Shown piece by piece: positions 7,660 to 15,818 of a DNA stretch of 32,331 bases (its first letter is position 1; every line of letters begins with the position of its first letter). The notes below the pieces were generated by a model. That model searched no databases. It saw nothing but the letters and a program-made list of their open reading frames with translations, and was not told the DNA's origin. The stretch lies in contig JAYPJE010000046.1 of assembly GCA_038128265.1 (NCBI GenBank), forward strand, positions 1 to 32,331, read 5' to 3'. The DNA is from Gemmatimonadota bacterium (GTDB lineage Bacteria; Latescibacterota; UBA2968; UBA8231). Both the position numbers and the translations under genes were made by a program.

Positions 7660-9780
7660 ATGGAAATACGCGAATTGGCCGAGCGCATTCTCTTGGGAGA
7701 TCGCTGGGAAGATAAATTGGTCGAATTCGATGCCTGCGAAGACAGTCGACCGGGAGGAGAGCTGACCGTGCCCGACGGACCCGGGCGTCCGCCGGGTTTG
7801 GGGCTGGACGAGTGGCACGGACGCGAAAAAATGCGCTTTCGCGACGTGGGCAAGCTGCACTCGGAGAGGGAGCGCGGTCTAGTGCTGCACTTCTTTGCCA
7901 ACCACGAACTGCTGGCGCTGGAGCTAATGGCGCTGGTGTTGCTCAAGTTTCCAGACGCACCGCCAACGTTTCGCCGCGGCGTGGTGCACACGCTGCGAGA
8001 CGAGCAGGAACACGTGCGCATGTATCGGCGGCGCATGGCCGAGATTGGCGTCGAGTTCGGTCAGATTCCGGTGAGCGACTATTTCTGGAAGGCGATTGCG
8101 CCGATGCAAAGCCCGCGCGATTTCGTCACGGGCCTGAGCATGACGCTGGAACAGGCCAACCTTGACTATGCCGTGCACTACGCAGAGGTATATGAGCAGC
8201 TGGGCGATAGTGCGACGGCTGCAATTCTCAAGCAGATCTACCGCGATGAGATAAGCCACGTCAAGCACGGTCTGCGCTGGTTTGAGCGCTGGCGCAGTCC
8301 CGAACAGACGCAGTGGCAGGCCTACAGAAGCGCGCTGCCCGAGCCGCTGAGTCCGGCGCGCGCCAAGGGCATTGGCTTTAACCGCAAGGGGCGGCTTAGA
8401 GCCGGTCTACAAGCCGAGTATATAGACGAGCTGGAGATTTTCTCGCGCTCGCGCGGACGCTGTCCCGACGTGTTCTGGTTTAATCCAAACTGCGAAGGCG
8501 AAGTGGCGTCGGGTCGAGCCGGCGACCAGGCGTCCAAGTTGGTCAGCCAGCTAGCCGAAGATCTGCGCGCCTTGCCGATGCTCTACTGCGCACAGGACGA
8601 TGTGGTATTAGTCGAGCACCGTCCGAGCGTGGACTTTCTGCGCCGGCTGCGTGGGCTGGGTTTCACCGTGCCGGAATTTGTCGAATACGGTAGCGGCGGT
8701 GCGGGCGTGAAGGCGCTGGCCGAGCGCAAGCTGCACGGGTTGCGCCCCTGGGGTTGGAGTCCGCAGAGCGCGACATTTCTCAAACCGCTAGCCGATGGAC
8801 TAGCCTCCGGCGAGGCGCTGCGCTGGCGATCGGATTGGCAGGTGCTCTATTCCAAGGCGTGGAGTGCCGAGCGGCTGCGCGCCTTTTTGCGCGAATCGAA
8901 TGACGCGTGGCTGTGCGATGCGGATGTCGTCGGTCGCGTGTGTCAGACGGCCGATGCAGTGGAGGCATTGCTGGCCGACTGGACGGCGTGGGACGAGGTT
9001 GTGATCAAGGCGGCGATCGAATCTTCGGGGCGCGGACACATTCACGCGCGCGGCGGTCAGCTGCGCCCCGAACAGCGCGGCTGGTTGGAGAATGTGCTGG
9101 CGCGCCACGGTGCGGTCGTAGTCGAGCCGTGGCTGGACAAGGTGCTGGACCTGTCGCTGCACCTCGACGTAGACGCCCACGGGCAGGTGCAAGTGGCCGG
9201 CTGGACGCGCTTTTTCACCGATGCGCGCGGCCAGTATCGCGGCACGCTCGTCGGACAGATGGTGTCTGGCCTAGAGGAGGAGACCAAGAAGTTTATCTAC
9301 GGAGACGGCCGCGACCCGCGCCGCCTGCAGCGGCTGGGCGAGCAGCTGGGGCACCACATCGGCGGCGCCCTAGCGCAGCTGGGTTATGTTGGTCCGGTGG
9401 GCGTCGACGCGCTGGTGTATCGCAGCGGTTCGGACCTGAGCCTCAAACCCATTGTAGAAATCAATCCGCGTACCAGCATGGGCCGCGTTGCCTTGGCGCT
9501 GCGCCAGCGAGTTAACTCTGCGCGCACGGCGCTGTGGCTAGTCGTGACGCAGCGCGAGGCGCAAGCGGCTGGCTTCGATACGCTGGGAAAGTGGGCCGAG
9601 CGCTTTGCAGCCGCCTGGCCGGCACGCCTGGCTGAAGATGGGGCTCAGCTGAGCGAAGGGGCGCTATTTGTTACGGATCCGACTCGTGCCCGTACATGCG
9701 CTGGCCTGCTGCTGGTTGAGCAGACGCTCGGAGCGTGTCGCCGGCGGGCGCGAGAGATGGGCCTAGTCATCGGTATCTGA
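7660..9780 (+). CDS. Ferritin-like (DUF455-type) di-iron domain fused to an ATP-grasp-like domain
   Basis: The N-terminal ANHELLALEL, DEQEH, LEQANLD and DEISH give an E..ExxH..E..ExxH di-iron pattern. The C-terminal VVIKA..SSGRG, VVEPWL..DLS, GYVGPVGVDA and VEINPR are ATP-grasp motifs. Confidence 0.75.
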   Translation: MEIRELAERILLGDRWEDKLVEFDACEDSRPGGELTVPDGPGRPPGLGLDEWHGREKMRFRDVGKLHSERERGLVLHFFANHELLALELMALVLLKFPDAPPTFRRGVVHTLRDEQEHVRMYRRRMAEIGVEFGQIPVSDYFWKAIAPMQSPRDFVTGLSMTLEQANLDYAVHYAEVYEQLGDSATAAILKQIYRDEISHVKHGLRWFERWRSPEQTQWQAYRSALPEPLSPARAKGIGFNRKGRLRAGLQAEYIDELEIFSRSRGRCPDVFWFNPNCEGEVASGRAGDQASKLVSQLAEDLRALPMLYCAQDDVVLVEHRPSVDFLRRLRGLGFTVPEFVEYGSGGAGVKALAERKLHGLRPWGWSPQSATFLKPLADGLASGEALRWRSDWQVLYSKAWSAERLRAFLRESNDAWLCDADVVGRVCQTADAVEALLADWTAWDEVVIKAAIESSGRGHIHARGGQLRPEQRGWLENVLARHGAVVVEPWLDKVLDLSLHLDVDAHGQVQVAGWTRFFTDARGQYRGTLVGQMVSGLEEETKKFIYGDGRDPRRLQRLGEQLGHHIGGALAQLGYVGPVGVDALVYRSGSDLSLKPIVEINPRTSMGRVALALRQRVNSARTALWLVVTQREAQAAGFDTLGKWAERFAAAWPARLAEDGAQLSEGALFVTDPTRARTCAGLLLVEQTLGACRRRAREMGLVIGI

Positions 9781-9791
9781 AGGACCAGCGC

Positions 9792-10922
9792 TCATTCGTG
9801 TTGGTGGCCGCCTGGTGCGTGCGCCTGGTGGACGAAATCTTCCCACCACCGGGTTTGCGGAATAGACTCGCCGTACACCGTTGTTTGTCCAACGATCGGC
9901 GTGGCCGCGCGCGCACCGGCCGCATCAGCGGCCACGCGCAGGCGCTGCATGGGCTCATGCCAGGGGTGCAGCGCCAGATTGAGGGTGCCCCAGTGAATGG
10001 GGTGTAGCACATCGCCACCTAGATCGATATGGGCTTGCACGCTCTCCTCGGGAAACATGTGAACGTGGCGCCAGTGCTCGTTGTAGGCACCGCATTCGAT
10101 AAACGTCATGTGGAAGGGTCCGTAGCGCCTGCCAATCTCTCTAAAGCCGTCAAAGTAACCCGAGTCGCCGCTGATGTATACCCGGTGGTTCGGTCCGTTC
10201 ACCACCCATGAAGTCCACAGCGTTTTATTGCGGTCCGTTAGGCTGCGCCCAGAAAAATGCTGTGCCGGCGTCGAAACAACGGTCAGTTCATCGTTTACAG
10301 GCAGTTCCTGCCACCAGTCGAGTTCGCGAATCTTGGCTTGTGAAATACCCCAATCGGCTAGGCGTTTGCCAACGCCTAGCCCGACGATAAAGAGCGACGT
10401 CTTTTCGTTTAGCTTCTCGATAGAGGATTTGTTGAGGTGGTCGTAGTGGTCGTGCGAAATAAGCACGGCATCCACGCGCGGCAGCCGTTCTATTTTAAGC
10501 GGCACGTCGCCATTATAGCGCGAAGGGCCCAAAATCGACACGCGCTTTGCGAAGACCGGATCGGAGAGCAGGCGAAAGCCGTCGACGTTTAGCATGAGCG
10601 AAGAATGACCGAGCCACGTTGCGTTGAGCTGATCTCTTTCCGTCTGCAGGAATGCGCTTAGGTCGACTGCTTGGCGAGGCAGGGCAACTTCCGGTGTGCG
10701 CGCATCGCCGCCAAATAGAAATTGGGGAATGAGCTTTAGGCCTTGCCACGCGGAGAGCGAAGGCGCCTCGACTGCGTTGCGGAAGGTGCCGTCTTGATAT
10801 TGCGGAGACTGTTCCCAGCGCGCCCGCTGCGCGTGACTGCCGTAGGTTAGCCACGCAGAGCATGCATTGTAGAGGACGATGATAGCCAGTCCAAAGGAGA
10901 AGAGGATGTTGCTCTTACTCAT
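9792..10922 (-). CDS. MBL-fold metallo-hydrolase, NAPE-PLD/RomA-like, with an N-terminal signal or anchor
   Basis: Motifs TWLGHSS, DPVF, ISHDHYDH (HxHxDH), PAQHFSGR, GDSGY, GAY and PIHWGT. Confidence 0.88.
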   Translation of the reverse strand: MSKSNILFSFGLAIIVLYNACSAWLTYGSHAQRARWEQSPQYQDGTFRNAVEAPSLSAWQGLKLIPQFLFGGDARTPEVALPRQAVDLSAFLQTERDQLNATWLGHSSLMLNVDGFRLLSDPVFAKRVSILGPSRYNGDVPLKIERLPRVDAVLISHDHYDHLNKSSIEKLNEKTSLFIVGLGVGKRLADWGISQAKIRELDWWQELPVNDELTVVSTPAQHFSGRSLTDRNKTLWTSWVVNGPNHRVYISGDSGYFDGFREIGRRYGPFHMTFIECGAYNEHWRHVHMFPEESVQAHIDLGGDVLHPIHWGTLNLALHPWHEPMQRLRVAADAAGARAATPIVGQTTVYGESIPQTRWWEDFVHQAHAPGGHQHE

Positions 10923-11335
10923 CGGGCAGCGATCTGGTTGGTAAATAGCGCATCGAGTTCGGGCGGAAAGCCGGGGCGTCCGTCGCGGTTGAGGCAGGTG
11001 CCCGTAAAGCGGCCCTGCAGAACGAGGACGTCGTCGCGGCGTCGTATCTCTTGCACAAAGAGAAAGCGCACTCGCCCCTGGCGCTCGGCGCGAAGGTGAA
11101 TGGTGAAATCGTCGCCGCTGCGCAGGGAATGCTTGTAGTCTATTTCGCAGCGCGTGAGCACGAGGTCGTGGCCCTGTTCGTGCAGTTGGGCGAAGTCAAA
11201 TCCACAGGTGCGCAAAAACTGATGGCGCGCGTGCTCGAGGTAGTTTTGGTACACGGCGTTGTTGACGATGCCCTGCAGGTCGCATTCGTAGTCGCGAACG
11301 CTCAAGTCTAGGCTAAAACTAAAATCGGTCGACAC
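10919..11335 (-). CDS. Acyl-CoA thioesterase (4HBT/YbgC hotdog fold)
   Basis: VRDYECDLQGIVNNAVYQNYLEHAR motif. GTG start with GGAGG RBS; the stop overlaps the next ATG (ATGA). Confidence 0.9.
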   Translation of the reverse strand: MSTDFSFSLDLSVRDYECDLQGIVNNAVYQNYLEHARHQFLRTCGFDFAQLHEQGHDLVLTRCEIDYKHSLRSGDDFTIHLRAERQGRVRFLFVQEIRRRDDVLVLQGRFTGTCLNRDGRPGFPPELDALFTNQIAAR

Positions 11336-11347
11336 GTACGCCTCCGT

Positions 11348-12250
11348 TTAAAGCTCAATTTGAGTCGCAGCGTGGAGCGCTGCTAGTGCAAAGAGGACCG
11401 AGGGGGCGATGAGGAGGGCCGCTAGCCACAGCGCGTAGCGAGAAGCATGGTCGCTGCGCGGCACGAAGAAGAGGGCGAGGGCGAGGGGGAATGCGGGTAG
11501 GTATACCAGCACCTTGGGCATGTAGCTGGTGTAGGAGAACAGGTGGGTAAATAGGCCGAGAACGACGGCAATGGCGGCGGCTTTTTTAACGCCTAGCAGC
11601 GCGGCCAGCGTGCGTTTGCCCGCGCGCCGGTCTGCTGCGGCATCGGGCAAGGTGAAGGCGATGGCCGCCGCGACCTGCAGATAGATATAGGCCGATATAA
11701 GAGCGATAAGTGATAGGGGATCACCGCTGGCAGAGAATGTGGGCAGGTGACCGGTCTGTCCGTAGAAACCGGCCAGGGGTAAGATGCATCCAACTCCGAG
11801 TGCCTGCAGTAGTTCGCCGCCACCGCGGTAGTTTAGGCGCAGCGGAGGCAGGCTATAGGCCCACAGCAAGAAGAGGCCACCGATAAAGAGCACGGGTGCC
11901 AGCGGGCGCTGGAGTAAGAAGGCGAATAGCAAGCCGAGTGCGACGACGGCCCACCCGGCAGCGCTGCCAGCGCGCTGCAGCGCTTCGGGACGTAGGCTCT
12001 GTTCGACGAGAACGCGCGAGCCACCCGAGAAGGCCGTTGGCGTGTCGTTGAGGGCATCGGCTCGCTGATCAGCCCAATCGTTTAAGAAGACGATGTAGAG
12101 CTGCATACACAGGCCATAGAGGACTAGCCACAGGCCGATTGCTGGTGAGAAGGCCGCGTGTGCTGTATAGGCCAGTGCCTGACCAAAGGCCAGCGGCAGC
12201 TGTATGTTGACCGCAGCGGCGGGACGCGCTGCCTGTAACCAGGCACGCAT
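11348..12250 (-). CDS. UbiA-family prenyltransferase, MenA-like
   Basis: Motifs WLQAARP, NDWADQRAD (NDxxDxxxD), FSGGSR, YSLPPLRLNYRGGGE and DAAADRRAGKRTL, with multiple TM segments. The ATG at 12250 overlaps the upstream TAA (TAATG). Confidence 0.82.
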   Translation of the reverse strand: MRAWLQAARPAAAVNIQLPLAFGQALAYTAHAAFSPAIGLWLVLYGLCMQLYIVFLNDWADQRADALNDTPTAFSGGSRVLVEQSLRPEALQRAGSAAGWAVVALGLLFAFLLQRPLAPVLFIGGLFLLWAYSLPPLRLNYRGGGELLQALGVGCILPLAGFYGQTGHLPTFSASGDPLSLIALISAYIYLQVAAAIAFTLPDAAADRRAGKRTLAALLGVKKAAAIAVVLGLFTHLFSYTSYMPKVLVYLPAFPLALALFFVPRSDHASRYALWLAALLIAPSVLFALAALHAATQIEL

Positions 12251-13572
12251 TAGCGCAGGGCGAAAGTGGAGAGCACGGCGGCGTGGTCGCTGGGCCACTG
12301 CACGGGATGCTGGTCAATTACCCGTGCGTCCGTGCAGTGCAGGTGTGCACCGCGATAGTAGACGTAGTCAATGCGGTCTTGCCAACTGCGCGGATTGCGC
12401 GGCGTCCACGTGCGACCGGGCTGGGCTACGGGATCGGGGTGTATCTGGCGATAGGCATCCAAGAAGCCGGTATCGGCCATATCCCTGCTGACGGGCCATT
12501 CCACGGTCAAGTTGCAGTGCAGCGGGCTGGCCGCCGGCGTCCAATCGAGGTGCGACGGGCTATTGAAATCGCCGGCGATAACCAGCGGAATGGCATCGTC
12601 CAAATGGGGCTGCAACTCTTCGAGAATAGCGCGTATCTCGCCGCCGCGCGTTTCGTGCTCTGCGGATATGAGGCCGTCGGCGGTCGCATCCGCGCGCTGC
12701 ACGTCGTTGCAGAAGTCGGGCAGGTAGTGAAGCCAGAGGCTGAACAGTTTGAGCGCCTGCCCGGGAGCCAGCTGCAGGGTGGCCCCGCCAAGATTGAACG
12801 GGCGAAAGTGATGGTGGTGTTCGCTGGCAGGATAGCGGCTGATAATGGAGAGATTGGACGAGCGCAGATAGAGGTGGTAGCCGAGCGCGTCGGCGATGCG
12901 CGGTCCCGAACCGTAGGTCTCCTGCATGGCGACGATGTCGGCCCCGCTGGCGCGAATGCATTCGACGACGCGCTCTACGCCCGTATCGATGCCGTCTTCG
13001 CGGCCGCCGTTCCAAATATTCCACGCCAGTACGCGCAGCGGTGCATCAGGTGCGTGTTGTGGATAGACCGCGGCCGCCTGTCCGCTGCGCCGCTGGTAGA
13101 GTTGGGCGATATCTTCGCTCGAGCGCACGTCGTTCCAGCGCTTAAGGTCCTCCACGTGCGCGGGGGCTGGATCGAGAGAGACGGTTTCGCTGGCATAGGT
13201 GCAGGCCAACCCAGTCAGCGAGTATAGGGCGACCTGCTGGCCGTCAAAGTAGAGCCGTGCCTGGCCGCGCGATTCGTCAATGGAGAAAGCGAGCAGGTGC
13301 CAATCGCCGTCGTCGAGGCGCTGCCGCGCCGTCGGTTGATAGTCGAGGCGCTGCTGTCCGTCGCCTACATTCCACGCCCAGGCTCCGTTGGGCTGTAGGG
13401 CAATGGCCCAGCCCGGCAGCTGGCCGCTGGTGCGCGAGTGGCCGTAATTGGTGCGCTCCGTGTAGTCGCGTATCTCGCCGCTGTTCCAGTCTTTGTTGCT
13501 GGCTATGGCGGGATAGTTATTGGCAGGTCTATCGGCGCGCGCCCACAGGGCAATGGTGAAGGAAGCATCCAT
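12250..13572 (-). CDS. LamG/concanavalin-like domain plus endonuclease/exonuclease/phosphatase (EEP) domain protein
   Basis: LamG-like SFTIALW, DGDWHLLA and RLYFDG. EEP motifs WNIW, DIVAMQE, GDFN, RIDYVY and WPSDH. The likely start is ATG 13572; the ORF-track extension overlaps the divergent gene. Confidence 0.85.
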   Translation of the reverse strand: MDASFTIALWARADRPANNYPAIASNKDWNSGEIRDYTERTNYGHSRTSGQLPGWAIALQPNGAWAWNVGDGQQRLDYQPTARQRLDDGDWHLLAFSIDESRGQARLYFDGQQVALYSLTGLACTYASETVSLDPAPAHVEDLKRWNDVRSSEDIAQLYQRRSGQAAAVYPQHAPDAPLRVLAWNIWNGGREDGIDTGVERVVECIRASGADIVAMQETYGSGPRIADALGYHLYLRSSNLSIISRYPASEHHHHFRPFNLGGATLQLAPGQALKLFSLWLHYLPDFCNDVQRADATADGLISAEHETRGGEIRAILEELQPHLDDAIPLVIAGDFNSPSHLDWTPAASPLHCNLTVEWPVSRDMADTGFLDAYRQIHPDPVAQPGRTWTPRNPRSWQDRIDYVYYRGAHLHCTDARVIDQHPVQWPSDHAAVLSTFALR

Positions 13573-13590
13573 AGGGCAATAATACGTCGC

Positions 13591-13619
13591 TTGTTGCTGG
13601 AGAGCCAGTTGGCTATTTT
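13591..13619 (+). promoter_or_regulatory. Possible sigma70 promoter for the UxuA-like operon
   Basis: TTGTTG-N17-TATTTT lies upstream of the GAGGAG RBS and ATG 13657. Confidence 0.4.
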
Positions 13620-13656
13620 GTGCCGCTCGCGTAGCTACCAACGAGGAGAAATCGAC

Positions 13657-14619
13657 ATGTTTAAAATTTCCGTATGGCACGGCAATTTGTCCGATGCCTA
13701 TTTGCGCTTTGTTACGCAGCTGGGCGTCGATTGCTTGGATTTTGGCCAGGGTGACTTTTTTCCCGGAGTTAAAGAGCAGGGTTATCCCGACTTGGACGAA
13801 CTGCTGAAGATCAAAAAGAAAGTGCGCTCCTGGGGGCTCGATTTTAACCGGGTTACGCTGCCGGATATGACGGAGCGCTTCATGAAAGGCGAAGAAGGCG
13901 GCGAGGTCGAGCTGGAAAATACCTGCCATGCCCTCAAAGTATTTGCCGAGGCCGGCGTGCCGATTGCGCGCCAACGCCTAGCCGGCGACGTCTTTCCGTG
14001 GATGTCCAAGCGCTGGAACTCAGAGCACCGGGGCGGCTATCGCTATCGCTCGGAAAGCGTGGCGTTGGCCGAAGAGGACAAGGGACCGCCGCCGCCAGAA
14101 GAGCTGGAGCTGTGGTGGCAGCGCTTTTGCGCCGTCTACGAGCAGTTGGTACCCATCGCCGAAGAGGGCGGTATAAAGCTGGCCATTCATCCGTCCGACG
14201 CACCCTTTCCCGACACGCCGCTGGGAGGGCTAGGCTATCATCGGGTGATCGATGCCTTCCCCAGCAAACAGGTGGGCTACCTCTACTGCTGCGGCACGCG
14301 GGCGCAGGCCGGCGGTTCGCCGCTCGTGCTGGATGAATTGCACAACTACGGGCGCAAGGGACGGCTCTTTATGATCCACCTGCGCAACGTGCGCGGTTCG
14401 TTGGCCACGGCCGGAGGTTTTGAGGAAGTGCTGCTCGACGACGGCGATATGAATCCGGCCAAAATTCTGCTGGAGCTGCGGCGTGTGGGCTTTGACGGCT
14501 GCATCAATCCAGACCACATACCGCTATTAGAAGGCGATGAAGGCACGCTCACCAAGGGAATGGCCTATAGCGTGGGCTATTTAAAGGCGCTCTTTGCGGC
14601 CATGGCGGTAGTTGGATGA
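13657..14619 (+). CDS. Mannonate dehydratase (UxuA)-like TIM-barrel dehydratase, paralogue 1
   Basis: Motifs LVPIAEEGGIKLAIHPSD, IHLRNVRG, FEEVLLDDGDMN and INPDH. The strong RBS GAGGAG puts the start at 13657. Confidence 0.8.
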   Translation: MFKISVWHGNLSDAYLRFVTQLGVDCLDFGQGDFFPGVKEQGYPDLDELLKIKKKVRSWGLDFNRVTLPDMTERFMKGEEGGEVELENTCHALKVFAEAGVPIARQRLAGDVFPWMSKRWNSEHRGGYRYRSESVALAEEDKGPPPPEELELWWQRFCAVYEQLVPIAEEGGIKLAIHPSDAPFPDTPLGGLGYHRVIDAFPSKQVGYLYCCGTRAQAGGSPLVLDELHNYGRKGRLFMIHLRNVRGSLATAGGFEEVLLDDGDMNPAKILLELRRVGFDGCINPDHIPLLEGDEGTLTKGMAYSVGYLKALFAAMAVVG

Positions 14620-15818
14620 GCGCTAGAAAAAAGATTGCCGCCATCGTCACGGAGTACCGGCCGCGCTCGCACGCCGACGTGATTGTCACCAAGTTCCTGC
14701 ACGGCTTTCCCATCGACGATGGGTTGATGACTCCGCGCGTAGACATCGCCTCGCTGTACTTGGACCAGATACCCGACAACGACCTTGGCGTGGGGATTGC
14801 TGAGGAGCACGGTATTCCGCTCTACGACAGCATCAACGCCGCGCTGTGCTTGGGCGGTAGTGAGCTGGCCGTAGACGGCGTGCTGCTCATCGGCGAACAC
14901 GGCGACTACGCGTGGAACGAGAAGGAGCAACACCTCTATCCGCGCCGCTATTTTATGGAGCAGATTTGCGGCGCCATGGCTACCGCCGGGCGCGGCGTGC
15001 CGGTTTTTAACGATAAGCACCTGTCGTACAGCTGGGCCGATGCCAAGTGGATGTACGATCGCGCGCAGGCACTGGGCGCGCCGTTTATGGCTGGTTCATC
15101 GCTGCCGGTGGGCTGGCGCTCGCCGTGGGTAGAGCACCCTCTCGATAGTCCGCTCGAAGAGTCAGTTGCCATTGGTTTTTCTGGCTTGGATATCTATGGT
15201 TTTCACACGCTCGAAGTGCTGCAGTGTATGGCTGAACGTCGCCGGGGAGGCGAAACGGGTGTGGCGGCCGTAACCTGTCTCGAAGGCGAGGCCGTATGGC
15301 AGGCCGCTGCCGATGGTCTGTTTTCAATGGATTTGGCCCAGGCGGCCTGCGCCGAGATCGAGAACAAACCGGATGGCACTATGCAGCAGCACTGCGAAAA
15401 TCCGGCCCTTTTTTTAGTAGAGTACCGCGATGGGTTTAAGGGGTCGGTGCTGATGCTCAACGGCTACATCACCGATTTGGCCTATGCTGGACGCGTAGAT
15501 GGCCGGATCGAAGCCTGCGAATTTTATCTGCAAGGGCACGGCGGCGAGAGCGGTGCCTATGCGCATTTTAGCTATTTATCGCTCAACGTTGAAGAGATGT
15601 TTGTCTCCGGACAGCCGCAGTATCCGGTCGAGCGCACGCTGCTGACCAGCGGTATTCTCGAGGCGGCGCTCGACTCCCGCTACCGCGGTCACGTGCGCGT
15701 GGAAACGCCTTGGCTCGATACGCGCTACAGATCATACGAAGACTTTGCGTGGCGACCGCGGGGCGAGCGGCCGACGGGAGCATGTCTGGATCCGTTTCCG
15801 CCAGAAGGGAAGGCATAG
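14616..15818 (+). CDS. Conserved hypothetical protein, distant Gfo/Idh/MocA-like oxidoreductase fold
   Basis: Motifs VDGVLLIGEHGDY, PVFNDKHL (in place of the usual EKP), MAGSS and YGFHTLE. It overlaps the upstream stop (ATGA). Confidence 0.6.
   Translation: MSARKKIAAIVTEYRPRSHADVIVTKFLHGFPIDDGLMTPRVDIASLYLDQIPDNDLGVGIAEEHGIPLYDSINAALCLGGSELAVDGVLLIGEHGDYAWNEKEQHLYPRRYFMEQICGAMATAGRGVPVFNDKHLSYSWADAKWMYDRAQALGAPFMAGSSLPVGWRSPWVEHPLDSPLEESVAIGFSGLDIYGFHTLEVLQCMAERRRGGETGVAAVTCLEGEAVWQAAADGLFSMDLAQAACAEIENKPDGTMQQHCENPALFLVEYRDGFKGSVLMLNGYITDLAYAGRVDGRIEACEFYLQGHGGESGAYAHFSYLSLNVEEMFVSGQPQYPVERTLLTSGILEAALDSRYRGHVRVETPWLDTRYRSYEDFAWRPRGERPTGACLDPFPPEGKA

Noticed and set aside
12283..13227. 314-aa antisense ORF
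   Set aside because: It is a shadow of the EEP gene. Long antisense frames are expected in GC-rich coding DNA, and it has no motifs.
13438..13974. Apparent head-to-head overlap of the EEP ORF (to 13974) and the UxuA-like ORF (from 13438)
   Set aside because: This is an artefact of longest-ORF calling. The real starts at 13572 (-) and 13657 (+) leave a normal 84-nt divergent promoter region.
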